A stretch of 32,536 nt of DNA from a virus (Duplodnaviria > Caudoviricetes), in the IMG/VR virus record IMGVR_UViG_3300032243_000893, positions 1 to 32,536 of that record; one strand, written 5' to 3'. Below, one piece after another: positions 8,866 to 17,842 of this stretch (positions are counted from its first letter, which is position 1; each line of letters opens with the position of its first letter). The notes beneath the pieces were generated by a model, which searched no databases, was not told the origin of the DNA, and saw only the letters and a list, made by a program, of their open reading frames with translations. The position numbers were made by a program, and so were the translations under genes.

Positions 8866-9503
8866 TTGTATATACTCCAGTGGATATTCCCTTGCAAGTT
8901 CCGGACCATGCATTATTAGTTGATTACATACAAAATAATCATATGACTAATTTACAAGATACTTACGGATATACTTCGTTGCTGGCCGCAATTGCATCTC
9001 GGACTCCAGTTGATAATTGGCGAGATGCTAATGATGTATTTTCGGATGACAGTTACGAACAAACTAAAGATCCTATTCTATATTTTCCTCCCAGTGTAAA
9101 TAGCCTGTTTCCTACATTAATTAAATTACTCTACGAATTGCCTTACAAACAAATATTGGGTGCCGCTATCAGTTTACATACAAATTATCTTGCCCCTCAC
9201 GACGATGATGCCGATCCAAATTTTCCATCTAGTCCTGAGCGATATAATGTATTATTGTCACCACACTACAATCAGGATTCGTTTTTTATTTGCAAAGAAC
9301 TTGACGGGCAAAGAACTTATCCGACTATACTAAAAGATTATCCAATCTATGCATTTAATAATAAAGACATGTACCACGGTGCAGATCCTGTTTTAGATCG
9401 ACGAGTTATAATGATTTGTTCGGGCATTATAGATGAAGAGAAACATCAGGAACTTATTTCACGTAGTGTGAAAAAGTTTAAAGAATATGTTATACAATAT
9501 TGA
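8862..9503 (+). CDS. Putative Fe(II)/2OG oxygenase
   Basis: APHDD (HxD), distal YAFNN...HGAD, RRVI. Confidence 0.6.
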   Translation: MIVYTPVDIPLQVPDHALLVDYIQNNHMTNLQDTYGYTSLLAAIASRTPVDNWRDANDVFSDDSYEQTKDPILYFPPSVNSLFPTLIKLLYELPYKQILGAAISLHTNYLAPHDDDADPNFPSSPERYNVLLSPHYNQDSFFICKELDGQRTYPTILKDYPIYAFNNKDMYHGADPVLDRRVIMICSGIIDEEKHQELISRSVKKFKEYVIQY

Positions 9504-10020
9504 CTGGGATTCAATTATATCCAACTTGCCGCTAGCTGATGGCAAGGCTAATACCCCTGACAAAAAATTCTATTCAAATACTGATGGAAGATTCAACAAC
9601 ATGATCGAAACTTGGAAACAAGCAGGATACGATCAATGCGATAGTGTTGAGTGGATTAACTATTATCCAACACAACATTTTTCAGAGGATGTAATAACTA
9701 ATTTTGGATCATGGGCTAACGCTACTTGTGCAAGGGCATGGATCAGCAGAATACGTCCTGGTAAGATGGCTCCCTTCCATCAAGACATCGATGACCAAAT
9801 TGAAACATACTTAGCACAAGGAGAGTTAGTTAGATATAGTGTGCTGATTAGTAAACCCTCGCACGGTGGAATATTTTTATTTTATAATAAAATATATCAT
9901 TTAGAGCCTCAGGGAACAGTTATTAAATGGGACAATTATATGGACTGGCATGCTGGAACAAACTGCGGATTAACTGACAAGTTCATGTTTCACTTTCTAG
10001 GAGTAAAAAATGAAAAGTAA
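9487..10020 (+). CDS. AspH-like Fe(II)/2OG oxygenase
   Basis: ISRIRPG-PFHQD, distal WHAGTNCG, KFMFHF. Confidence 0.7.
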   Translation: MLYNIDWDSIISNLPLADGKANTPDKKFYSNTDGRFNNMIETWKQAGYDQCDSVEWINYYPTQHFSEDVITNFGSWANATCARAWISRIRPGKMAPFHQDIDDQIETYLAQGELVRYSVLISKPSHGGIFLFYNKIYHLEPQGTVIKWDNYMDWHAGTNCGLTDKFMFHFLGVKNEK

Positions 10021-10573
10021 TTATTGTGTTGATCTCAATATTCCAGTGTTGCATCCATTGAAAGATCCTAACATACTAAACCAAACAGGACATAAACCAG
10101 AAATATGGTTTGCTGATCCATCTAATGTGTCCAGCGAGTTTACATCATGGTTATCAGCAAACAATCTTGTGTTAACATTTCCTCCTTTAATTTTTTATAC
10201 TCCTAAACGTAGAGAGTGTGGGTTACACATTGACGGCGGCGGCATAATAGATCGAGTCACAATGAATTGGATAGTACAAGGTACAGGAAGTGAGATGCAT
10301 TGGTATGAACTAGTACCAGATACAATTATCACAGAAGGCGTTAAGACTCAAGCAGGAACTCCATATACACGATACAAAGAGGAAGATGTTATACATCTGC
10401 ATAGTCAGCCAGTGCGGTGGCCTAGTATTGTTCAGGTAGGAATTCCTCATAAAATTACAAACTATACTGATGAACCAAGATGGTGTATTAGTTGTGACGT
10501 GGGCAAAAAGGAAAATCCCGAAGCAGGGCTAACAATGGCAGAAGCCATGGAAGTATTCAAATTATGGATGTAA
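10010..10573 (+). CDS. Putative Fe(II)/2OG oxygenase
   Basis: LHIDG (HxD), distal PHKITN, RWCIS. Confidence 0.65.
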   Translation: MKSNYCVDLNIPVLHPLKDPNILNQTGHKPEIWFADPSNVSSEFTSWLSANNLVLTFPPLIFYTPKRRECGLHIDGGGIIDRVTMNWIVQGTGSEMHWYELVPDTIITEGVKTQAGTPYTRYKEEDVIHLHSQPVRWPSIVQVGIPHKITNYTDEPRWCISCDVGKKENPEAGLTMAEAMEVFKLWM

Positions 10574-11211
10574 TTGAACAAGCCCGCAAGATCATGAAGT
10601 CGGGTATTCCTTGGCTAGAGTTAGATTTAACTTTCCCAATCGATGCATGGAAGCAACAAGCTCTTGAAGCAGGGCCGTATTATCAAGAATATAGAGACAG
10701 CGATAGCGAAGGGTGGGCCAGTTGCTGTCTACATGGACTGGCAGTAGACAAAACATATACCGCTGACAACTATGGATATAGTGAATACAATGCTCCGTAT
10801 CAGTATACAGAATTGGCATACAAGACGCCGCTTATAACGGACTTTTGGAAGAATCAATTTCCAGCAGAACGTTATACTAGAATACGATTTATGAAGTTGA
10901 AACCGTGGGGATCTATTAATTGGCACAACGACGGCAAACTACCAGAAGACATTGATCCATTATTATCTATTCTGCCAATTAACCTGGCTATAAGTCATCC
11001 GTCAAATTGCGAAATGATTGTAGGCGATAAAGTAGTGCCTTGGTCTAATGGAAAAATCATTATGATCAATATTAGTGAGAGACATGCGGTTTTTAATCGT
11101 AGTAGTAAAGATAGAATTCATATGATTGCCAATGTTATTTTAGGAAATCGAACCAATGAATTTTGCGAAATGCTAGCGAGATGTTATAGTAAACAATATG
11201 GTCAAATTTAA
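10564..11211 (+). CDS. Aspartyl/asparaginyl beta-hydroxylase-like oxygenase
   Basis: RIRFMKLKPWGSINWHND, HAVFN, DRIHMI. Confidence 0.8.
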   Translation: MDVIEQARKIMKSGIPWLELDLTFPIDAWKQQALEAGPYYQEYRDSDSEGWASCCLHGLAVDKTYTADNYGYSEYNAPYQYTELAYKTPLITDFWKNQFPAERYTRIRFMKLKPWGSINWHNDGKLPEDIDPLLSILPINLAISHPSNCEMIVGDKVVPWSNGKIIMINISERHAVFNRSSKDRIHMIANVILGNRTNEFCEMLARCYSKQYGQI

Positions 11212-12526
11212 CACACCGGCAGGCAGTACTGATATTGTCTACATTTTTGTAGATAAGATTCACACCTGTCAAAATACATGGACAGCTGAACTAATGAAGA
11301 ATCTCAGCGATTTTGTACTAAGCAATATCCTTGATAAAGGATTTAATGTCATACAAGGCTTAGACGAAGATGCTATGCTTCAAGAAGCTGCCAAGGAGTA
11401 TACACACGCAGTAGTTTTAAGCACAGGCACAGAGTTTATCAATGGGGACGAATTTTTCCACGAAGTTGAAAAGGAAGTCTATAGCGGTAGAGATTTTTTC
11501 TTGATAGGGCATATACCTGATAGAGACGACGGCTATTATGAGTTACATGACCAATGCTATATTATTAATTTAGAGACTTATCAAGAATTAGGATCGCCGG
11601 CTATCGGGGAGTTTGCCTATTACTCTGCGCATACACAGATCGAACCGAGACGTAGCGATGAAAATATTCATGATGATTATACACCAATTTGGGTTACTGG
11701 CGGAGATAAAGAGAAAACATATAAGCATAAGTGGCACGGTTGGAATATACTTAGTGTAGCTTTTGCCAATAAAAAACATGTCAAAGTCATAATGGATCGA
11801 TTTAGAAATAACAAGATTTATTATTATCCTAATCACGAGCCAGCATTTATTCCTAAAAGTTCATATCTATACGGCAAGAATCAAGTAGCCGCACAGACTA
11901 TGTTCTATCCGCATAATACAGAAGAAATAGTCAAAGTAGAGTTCGACGGTCCTATTAGACAGTTAGTCATACAAGCAAGTGGACTTAATTGGATTGACTA
12001 TTTAATTACATACGGATATACTAAAGACACAGTTGTTAGATTCGTTGACTATAACTTGTTTGCTCTTGAATGCATGAAAGAAATAACAGACAACTGGAAT
12101 GGTGACAACTATTCTAAATTTGTTAAGGACTATGTTGCTAGTCGTGCATCTTTTTTAGGTAAAGACGGTACTGAATGGCTAGCCGCACAGGGTAAATTAT
12201 ACGATCCGGATATACCCGAATGGACGTTGATTAAAGAAACTGTTAGGTTTGAATTTAGACACGAAGATCTAGTACTGAATAAGGGATTAGATGTAAGTAC
12301 TTGGGTAGACAATATGCCTAATACAATTATTCATTTAAGTCACATATTCAACTATGATCCAGTGGCTCCGTTCGTTCCACTAAAGCATAGGGTATATAGT
12401 GAACGATTATTGTTAGACAAACTAAAAAAATATATTCCAGATGCTACTATCATTATGATAAATCGACTATCTGATAATATTCAACGCCCAACATGGCGTA
12501 TGAATGGAGACTGGAATGGTATTTAA
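11198..12526 (+). CDS. Hypothetical protein (442 aa, probably two domains; C-half weakly Rossmann/methyltransferase-like)
   Basis: Long ORF coupled to both neighbours. LVIQASG and VRFVDYN resemble beta1/beta2 of a SAM-binding fold, but there is no decisive motif. Confidence 0.75.
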   Translation: MVKFNTPAGSTDIVYIFVDKIHTCQNTWTAELMKNLSDFVLSNILDKGFNVIQGLDEDAMLQEAAKEYTHAVVLSTGTEFINGDEFFHEVEKEVYSGRDFFLIGHIPDRDDGYYELHDQCYIINLETYQELGSPAIGEFAYYSAHTQIEPRRSDENIHDDYTPIWVTGGDKEKTYKHKWHGWNILSVAFANKKHVKVIMDRFRNNKIYYYPNHEPAFIPKSSYLYGKNQVAAQTMFYPHNTEEIVKVEFDGPIRQLVIQASGLNWIDYLITYGYTKDTVVRFVDYNLFALECMKEITDNWNGDNYSKFVKDYVASRASFLGKDGTEWLAAQGKLYDPDIPEWTLIKETVRFEFRHEDLVLNKGLDVSTWVDNMPNTIIHLSHIFNYDPVAPFVPLKHRVYSERLLLDKLKKYIPDATIIMINRLSDNIQRPTWRMNGDWNGI

Positions 12527-13127
12527 AGACATAGCAATAACCGGGCATACCAGCGGTATAGGTAAAGGTCTGTTTGAGCATTTTACTGCCATGGGCTGTA
12601 ATGTAAAAGGGTTTAGTAAAGACACTGGCTTTGATATTAGTAACAGACTTAATCAAGATCTTATTATCACCCATACAAAGGACTGCGATTTATTCATTAA
12701 TAACGCATATCATTACTATGCTCAGGTAGAGCTGATGAAACTTTGGCAACAGCAACATTGGCATGACAAACATTTTATTATTAATACCAGCAGTATGGCC
12801 GCAGAACCACTAGCGGATATTCCTAATAACTTCCCTTGGTTAACAACCTACGGTGAAGAAAAATACGCTATTAACGAAACTAGTTGGGACATTAATCATA
12901 GTGGTAGTGCTTGTAAGAGTATAGTAATTATGCCAGGGGTGTGCCAAACTAATTTTTATAATCCCTATGACACAGCTGATCATAATGGGTTAGAGCTATA
13001 TAAACGAGTAGTTGACTCAAACAGTATTATTACTGTAGATGATTTAGTTAATACTGTAGATTTAGTTTTACAATCTATAAACGGTCGCAATTTTATTTCA
13101 AGCATGACGGTGTTAAATGGATACTAA
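12516..13127 (+). CDS. Short-chain dehydrogenase/reductase
   Basis: ITGHTSGIG (TGxxxGxG), FINNA, NTSS, YGEEK (YxxxK). GGAG upstream of ATG 12516. Confidence 0.85.
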   Translation: MVFKDIAITGHTSGIGKGLFEHFTAMGCNVKGFSKDTGFDISNRLNQDLIITHTKDCDLFINNAYHYYAQVELMKLWQQQHWHDKHFIINTSSMAAEPLADIPNNFPWLTTYGEEKYAINETSWDINHSGSACKSIVIMPGVCQTNFYNPYDTADHNGLELYKRVVDSNSIITVDDLVNTVDLVLQSINGRNFISSMTVLNGY

Positions 13128-13896
13128 AATAGATTGGTTAAAATATAAGAGATTCTTCGCTTTCGGGTGCAGTTTTACCAGTTATGTTTGGCCTACTTGG
13201 GCTGATATAGTTTCAAAAGAAATGCCAAATGCCGAGTATTTTAATTTTGGAGTTAGCGGATCTGGAAATCTTCTTATTTCATTAAGAATTGCCGAAGCAA
13301 ACAATCGGTTTAAATTTACTGATACTGATTTAATCATGATTATGTTTACTACATATACTAGAGAAGATAGATGGGTAGATAATAAGTGGATCACTCCAGG
13401 AAATATATATAATAACGATATCTATCCCAAAGACTGGGTAAAAAAGTTTGCCGACGAGCGTGGATATTTAATTAGAGATGCGGCGTTGATAGACATGTCA
13501 ATGAAATATTTGGATCACTTACCTTGTGATAGATACTGTATGCTAAGTGTTCCGTTTATTGAGGGATCGGATCATTGTGAACTTAATGGAAAGACGCACA
13601 AAGATATTCTAGATACATACTCGGCTACCTTTGATAGGTTGCCCCCTTCAATGTTTGATCTTGAAATAAGAGAGAGTACTCAATTAGATTATGCCGGGTT
13701 TAAAGATGGGCATCCTAGTACTATCCGTTATTATAATTACTTAAAGAAATTAGGAATTAACTTAGGCGAGAAATCCAAAAGATTTTCGGAAGAATCGTCC
13801 AATTTGTTAAAAACAATAACAAATAAAAAAATAATACCACTATACTTTGCAGAACAAAAAAAGAATATAGAAAGATTTGCTAAATTAATGTTTTAA
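13117..13896 (+). CDS. SGNH/GDSL-like hydrolase or acyltransferase
   Basis: RFFAFGCSFT, WPTWAD, NFGVSGSGN, REDR, DGHPS. Paralogue of 5230-6015. Confidence 0.65.
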   Translation: MDTKIDWLKYKRFFAFGCSFTSYVWPTWADIVSKEMPNAEYFNFGVSGSGNLLISLRIAEANNRFKFTDTDLIMIMFTTYTREDRWVDNKWITPGNIYNNDIYPKDWVKKFADERGYLIRDAALIDMSMKYLDHLPCDRYCMLSVPFIEGSDHCELNGKTHKDILDTYSATFDRLPPSMFDLEIRESTQLDYAGFKDGHPSTIRYYNYLKKLGINLGEKSKRFSEESSNLLKTITNKKIIPLYFAEQKKNIERFAKLMF

Positions 13897-13908
13897 ATTG
13901 GATATAAC

Positions 13909-14631
13909 ATGGAAAACGTAAAAAAAATATGGAGAGGTAACGAGATTGCTATCAGAGACGACCTCATGTCATTTAAGCAGGGATTGGTTGATGACTTTAT
14001 GGCCGGATACACTAATCTAGAAGAAGCAGTAATGGCGCAATGCGAAGATTGTATCAATAGAGATATGTACAGCGAAGAATGGTATGAAAGTTCTAAGCAC
14101 CAAGTAACACATCAGAATCCAATTACCCGTCAGTGGGAGTCAGGATTAAGTTGGTGGAAGGGTGTTATGATTCGTACTTACATCAAAGGCGGAGATGGTC
14201 AGGAACCTGTCGATATGACCATTGACGAAGAGGGTGCTAAACGCTATCCGACTATGATGAAGCTGTTAGAAAAATATCATGACAAGTGTTATGGGCTAGT
14301 ATACGGTGTAATGGGACCAAGAACTATCTTACATAGACATCTTGCTCCTGAAAACGTAGAAGGTCTATACGTTCGAATACACATTCCATTAATTGTTCCT
14401 AAAGGTGATTTATTTTTAGAATGTCACGGCGAAGAAGTCACATGGGATGACTTGTATGGTTTTAATAATCAACATTTACACAGTGCCCATAACTTGTCTG
14501 AAGAATGGAGACTAGTTGCTATTATCGACATTGATCGTGAACATGCTGGCCTTACAAAGGGTACATATCACAATGAAGATGGTGCCGAAAACTTTAAGAA
14601 CTTCACGCGAGGATGGATCGGTGATAAATGA
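13909..14631 (+). CDS. Aspartyl/asparaginyl beta-hydroxylase-like oxygenase
   Basis: GPRTILHRH, RIHIPLIVP, FNNQHLHSAHN, WRLV. Confidence 0.8.
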   Translation: MENVKKIWRGNEIAIRDDLMSFKQGLVDDFMAGYTNLEEAVMAQCEDCINRDMYSEEWYESSKHQVTHQNPITRQWESGLSWWKGVMIRTYIKGGDGQEPVDMTIDEEGAKRYPTMMKLLEKYHDKCYGLVYGVMGPRTILHRHLAPENVEGLYVRIHIPLIVPKGDLFLECHGEEVTWDDLYGFNNQHLHSAHNLSEEWRLVAIIDIDREHAGLTKGTYHNEDGAENFKNFTRGWIGDK

Positions 14632-15037
14632 TTGGATTGAACGTATCAGCAAGCCTGCGGACTTGTTGGGTGGATTTAGCATATGCCCGTTTGCTAAAAG
14701 TACAGATTATTCTGTACACGAAACAGACGGTAGCGATATCAACCCTCCCCCGTGGGATTTTGAATTAATAGTATATGTACTACCTACACATTATACTGAT
14801 ATCGAAGTTATAAACATTGCCAACGAATACAATAAAATATATACTGATATGATATTTTTACCAGACCCTAAAGATAGATATACAGAAATAAATGGGTTAC
14901 AAACAAACAATGGGGTATACAATATAATACTGTGTCAGTGGCGTGACAATCTAGAAAAAGCTCGCAGTAAATTAAAGAATACAACATACTATACCTATTG
15001 GGCAGAAGAATATTTAAAAGAGATTATGTCGGCATGA
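14621..15037 (+). CDS. Hypothetical protein with CPFA motif (DUF1415-like)
   Basis: GGFSICPFAK motif. Likely GTG start at 14621, overlapping the upstream gene end (track start 14516). Confidence 0.55.
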   Translation: MINDWIERISKPADLLGGFSICPFAKSTDYSVHETDGSDINPPPWDFELIVYVLPTHYTDIEVINIANEYNKIYTDMIFLPDPKDRYTEINGLQTNNGVYNIILCQWRDNLEKARSKLKNTTYYTYWAEEYLKEIMSA

Positions 15038-16077
15038 GCATTTATACAAACTGGGATCCGCTAAAAGAAGTTATTGTAGGTGACTGCCCGCACGGTGCTG
15101 TTCGCAATAAACTTGCTAGAATCCTACATGAAACTAATGAGGATTTAGATTCTCTAGCAGATTACTTGATTAAGTTAGGAGTACGTGTACATCGTCCTAC
15201 AACAACAAAATTTCCAGATAATATTGATTTAGGTCATTTTACTATGGAGCATCCGACTGCTCCTATAGTACCACGTGACCAATACTTAGTATACGGCGAA
15301 ACTGTTTATCAAACTTACACAAGCATGCCTGACAGATATTTAGACAGTCAGAACTACAATCATATTTTTAAAGAACTATTTGAACGTGGACATAATTGGC
15401 TCAGTATGCCACCGCCCAAGTTAGATACACTAGTAGACAAATGGTGGGCTAACGGTGAATATGTCTATCACGAGCAATTAAAAGATCAAGTGCTATGGCA
15501 TACTGCTACTATGTTCAAGTGTGGTGATAAGTTAATTACCAATACAAAAGGCCCGGGCAACACATTGGGCCTAGAATGGATGAAACGTAACTTGCCAGCA
15601 AACACAATAGTTGATGTAGGTAATACACACCAACAAAGTTTTGGTCATATAGACCACGGCTGGTTTATGACCAATGACAATCTAGTATTTTGTGTAAACA
15701 AATCATGGGTGCCAGAACTGCTACACAATAAGGAAATTGTTGAGCTCCAAGATCACTTTGAAAAATTTGATGATACTAAGTTTATTGCTGATTACACTAG
15801 TACCGATGGCAAGTTTAGCGATGCGTGGATTGACAAGTGGCTTACACAATGGAAGGGCTATGCTCAGGAAGTATTCTTTGATAGCAATGTGTTAGTTATT
15901 GATAGCCAGAATGTGTTGTTTAGCAATTATCAACCTGGCATATTTAAAATAATGGAACAGTACGGCATTAACTGTCACGTAGTTCCACAGCGACACGGTT
16001 TATTCTGGGAAGCTGGTATTCATTGTTTAACTTTGGATTTAGTTAGAGAAGGTAGCTGTAGATCTATAATTTCTTAG
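15034..16077 (+). CDS. Amidinotransferase (glycine/inosamine-phosphate amidinotransferase family)
   Basis: WDPLKEVIVG, PRD, HID, C-terminal GIHCLT catalytic Cys. ATGA overlap supports start 15034. Confidence 0.88.
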   Translation: MSIYTNWDPLKEVIVGDCPHGAVRNKLARILHETNEDLDSLADYLIKLGVRVHRPTTTKFPDNIDLGHFTMEHPTAPIVPRDQYLVYGETVYQTYTSMPDRYLDSQNYNHIFKELFERGHNWLSMPPPKLDTLVDKWWANGEYVYHEQLKDQVLWHTATMFKCGDKLITNTKGPGNTLGLEWMKRNLPANTIVDVGNTHQQSFGHIDHGWFMTNDNLVFCVNKSWVPELLHNKEIVELQDHFEKFDDTKFIADYTSTDGKFSDAWIDKWLTQWKGYAQEVFFDSNVLVIDSQNVLFSNYQPGIFKIMEQYGINCHVVPQRHGLFWEAGIHCLTLDLVREGSCRSIIS

Positions 16078-17226
16078 TGCGTGAATAAGTCGATATTCTA
16101 ATTCTTCAAACCACACAGCAGTAGCAGTAAGTGGAACAATAATTAAAAGTCCGGCGCCACCTTCATTCCACATACCTGCGCTGATACCATATTGATATAA
16201 GAACTGTTCAAAACTAGCATCAACTGGCTTTTCAGTTAATAATGTTAGGTTGAAAACTAAACCGTAATTGTTATAACTAGTAATCAACTTATACTCATCT
16301 TTAAATCTATCAAAGGTAGCAGTAGCCCGGGACACTAGTTGAGGATAATTGTCAAATAGTTTTTCTTTTGCAATTACATCTAAGTATGCTAATGTTGAAT
16401 ATATTCCGCTTAAACTAAAGCTGTAACTAAATCCGTGACAAAATACTGTTTCCTTTACAACATTGTATATCTTCTCACTTACCATAGTAGCACTTAGCGG
16501 AAAATATCCACCGGTCAAGGCCTTCCCCATAGTAAAGATGTCAGGAGTAACAACATCAGTCCACCCAAAGAATGTACCTGTTTTCCCACCACACATTGCG
16601 ATGTCATCAACAATAAGGACTATGTCTTTATCGGTACACAGCTTGCGTAGACCCTGCCAGAACTCCTGACCTGGATCATACAGACCGTTTTGCCAACTAC
16701 TTGTTTCGATTATTACGGCACACAAGTCGTCAGTAATATTATCCAAAGTGTAATCACTTATAACACATCTAGGATCTTTGCCGTAAAAATCTGTCATATA
16801 GGTTGCGTCACTTACACTTGAACTTAGATATGTACTACCGTGATATGATTTTATAAAACCAAGGAACTTGTTGCGGCCATTGTAAAGTTGTGCTACTCGT
16901 AGTGCGCCTTCGATAGCATCGCTGCCGCTAAGAGCAAACACACTACGATATCCACCTGACATGTTATACAAGCGATCACTTAACTCTATAACACTGGCAT
17001 TGGTAGTATAAAACTCGCCACTACAAAACGGCATGTCTTTCATCTGTTCAGTTACACGATCAATAATGTCCTGTCGTTTAAATCCTAAAGGAAAGCATCC
17101 ACAGTTACCTAAACTTAAATCAATCAGATCGTTGTTGTTTTCTATAAATCCGTATTCAGTGTATGCCGTAATATTTCGCACAGTTACGTCTTTATTAATA
17201 GCATAGGGAAAAATTAATTTACTCAT
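16039..17226 (-). CDS. PLP-dependent class III aminotransferase (BioA/GabT-like)
   Basis: SGSDAIEGA, SYHG, LIVDDIAMCGGKTG, PDIFTMGKALTGGYFPLSA (PLP lysine). Confidence 0.9.
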   Translation of the reverse strand: MSKLIFPYAINKDVTVRNITAYTEYGFIENNNDLIDLSLGNCGCFPLGFKRQDIIDRVTEQMKDMPFCSGEFYTTNASVIELSDRLYNMSGGYRSVFALSGSDAIEGALRVAQLYNGRNKFLGFIKSYHGSTYLSSSVSDATYMTDFYGKDPRCVISDYTLDNITDDLCAVIIETSSWQNGLYDPGQEFWQGLRKLCTDKDIVLIVDDIAMCGGKTGTFFGWTDVVTPDIFTMGKALTGGYFPLSATMVSEKIYNVVKETVFCHGFSYSFSLSGIYSTLAYLDVIAKEKLFDNYPQLVSRATATFDRFKDEYKLITSYNNYGLVFNLTLLTEKPVDASFEQFLYQYGISAGMWNEGGAGLLIIVPLTATAVWFEELEYRLIHALRNYRSTATFSN

Positions 17227-17819
17227 ACTAAACTCAATGTGAGTGCTATTCTTTTTAGCTGGGGTGTTATATTTTCAACACTGTGTATTTTTGTTACACT
17301 AAGTTTGTGCCAAACTTTTTCAGCAATCTGTTTACTTTCTTTTAAATCTAGTTTTTCGTAAGGAATAGCAGTTTGCGCAGTAACTGATACGTTTTCAAAT
17401 TTTACTTTTGGTTCGTAGAAATCTGTAGTAGCGTTTCCGCCTGCTGAAATCAAATAGTTAATAGCATAAGTTCTTACTTCATCTATGTGGGGAGGAACAT
17501 GCGTACCGTTAGTCATCACTTGTATGTTTATTGTAACGTCTTTGTTAATGTGTGTATGTACCCAATCCTTAACTGCTGGGCTTGGATCTAAGAAGTAGTA
17601 ATCAACCAATGTTGGAAAATACTTACGTGCTTCTAAGTAAGGGTAGCCAATGTTATTATTTGGATCGTATTCGACTTTACCTATTAAATCTAATGTTGTT
17701 TGATCAGCATTGACTAATAAATTATTTTCTTTAAAGTTAGAATTTGATTTAACTGTATTCAAAATGTCCTGCTCAAGCCCGATAGGAAGGGAAGGATAAT
17801 CGAGATAACTAATATACAT
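17223..17819 (-). CDS. Putative Fe(II)/2OG oxygenase
   Basis: PPHIDE (HxD), AINY, IHSVEN, RIALT. Confidence 0.7.
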   Translation of the reverse strand: MYISYLDYPSLPIGLEQDILNTVKSNSNFKENNLLVNADQTTLDLIGKVEYDPNNNIGYPYLEARKYFPTLVDYYFLDPSPAVKDWVHTHINKDVTINIQVMTNGTHVPPHIDEVRTYAINYLISAGGNATTDFYEPKVKFENVSVTAQTAIPYEKLDLKESKQIAEKVWHKLSVTKIHSVENITPQLKRIALTLSLV

Positions 17820-17824
17820 GATGA

Positions 17825-17832
17825 TATTTATA
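17825..17832 (-). promoter_or_regulatory. T4-type late promoter TATAAATA (exact match)
   Basis: Exact T4 late consensus 5 nt upstream of ATG 17819, in a 23-nt divergent gap. Confidence 0.75.
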
Positions 17833-17842
17833 AGGTAGTTTA

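Noticed and set aside
16039-17226. bioA of biotin synthesis
   Set aside because: Family-level similarity only. No other bio genes are present, so no symbol was assigned.
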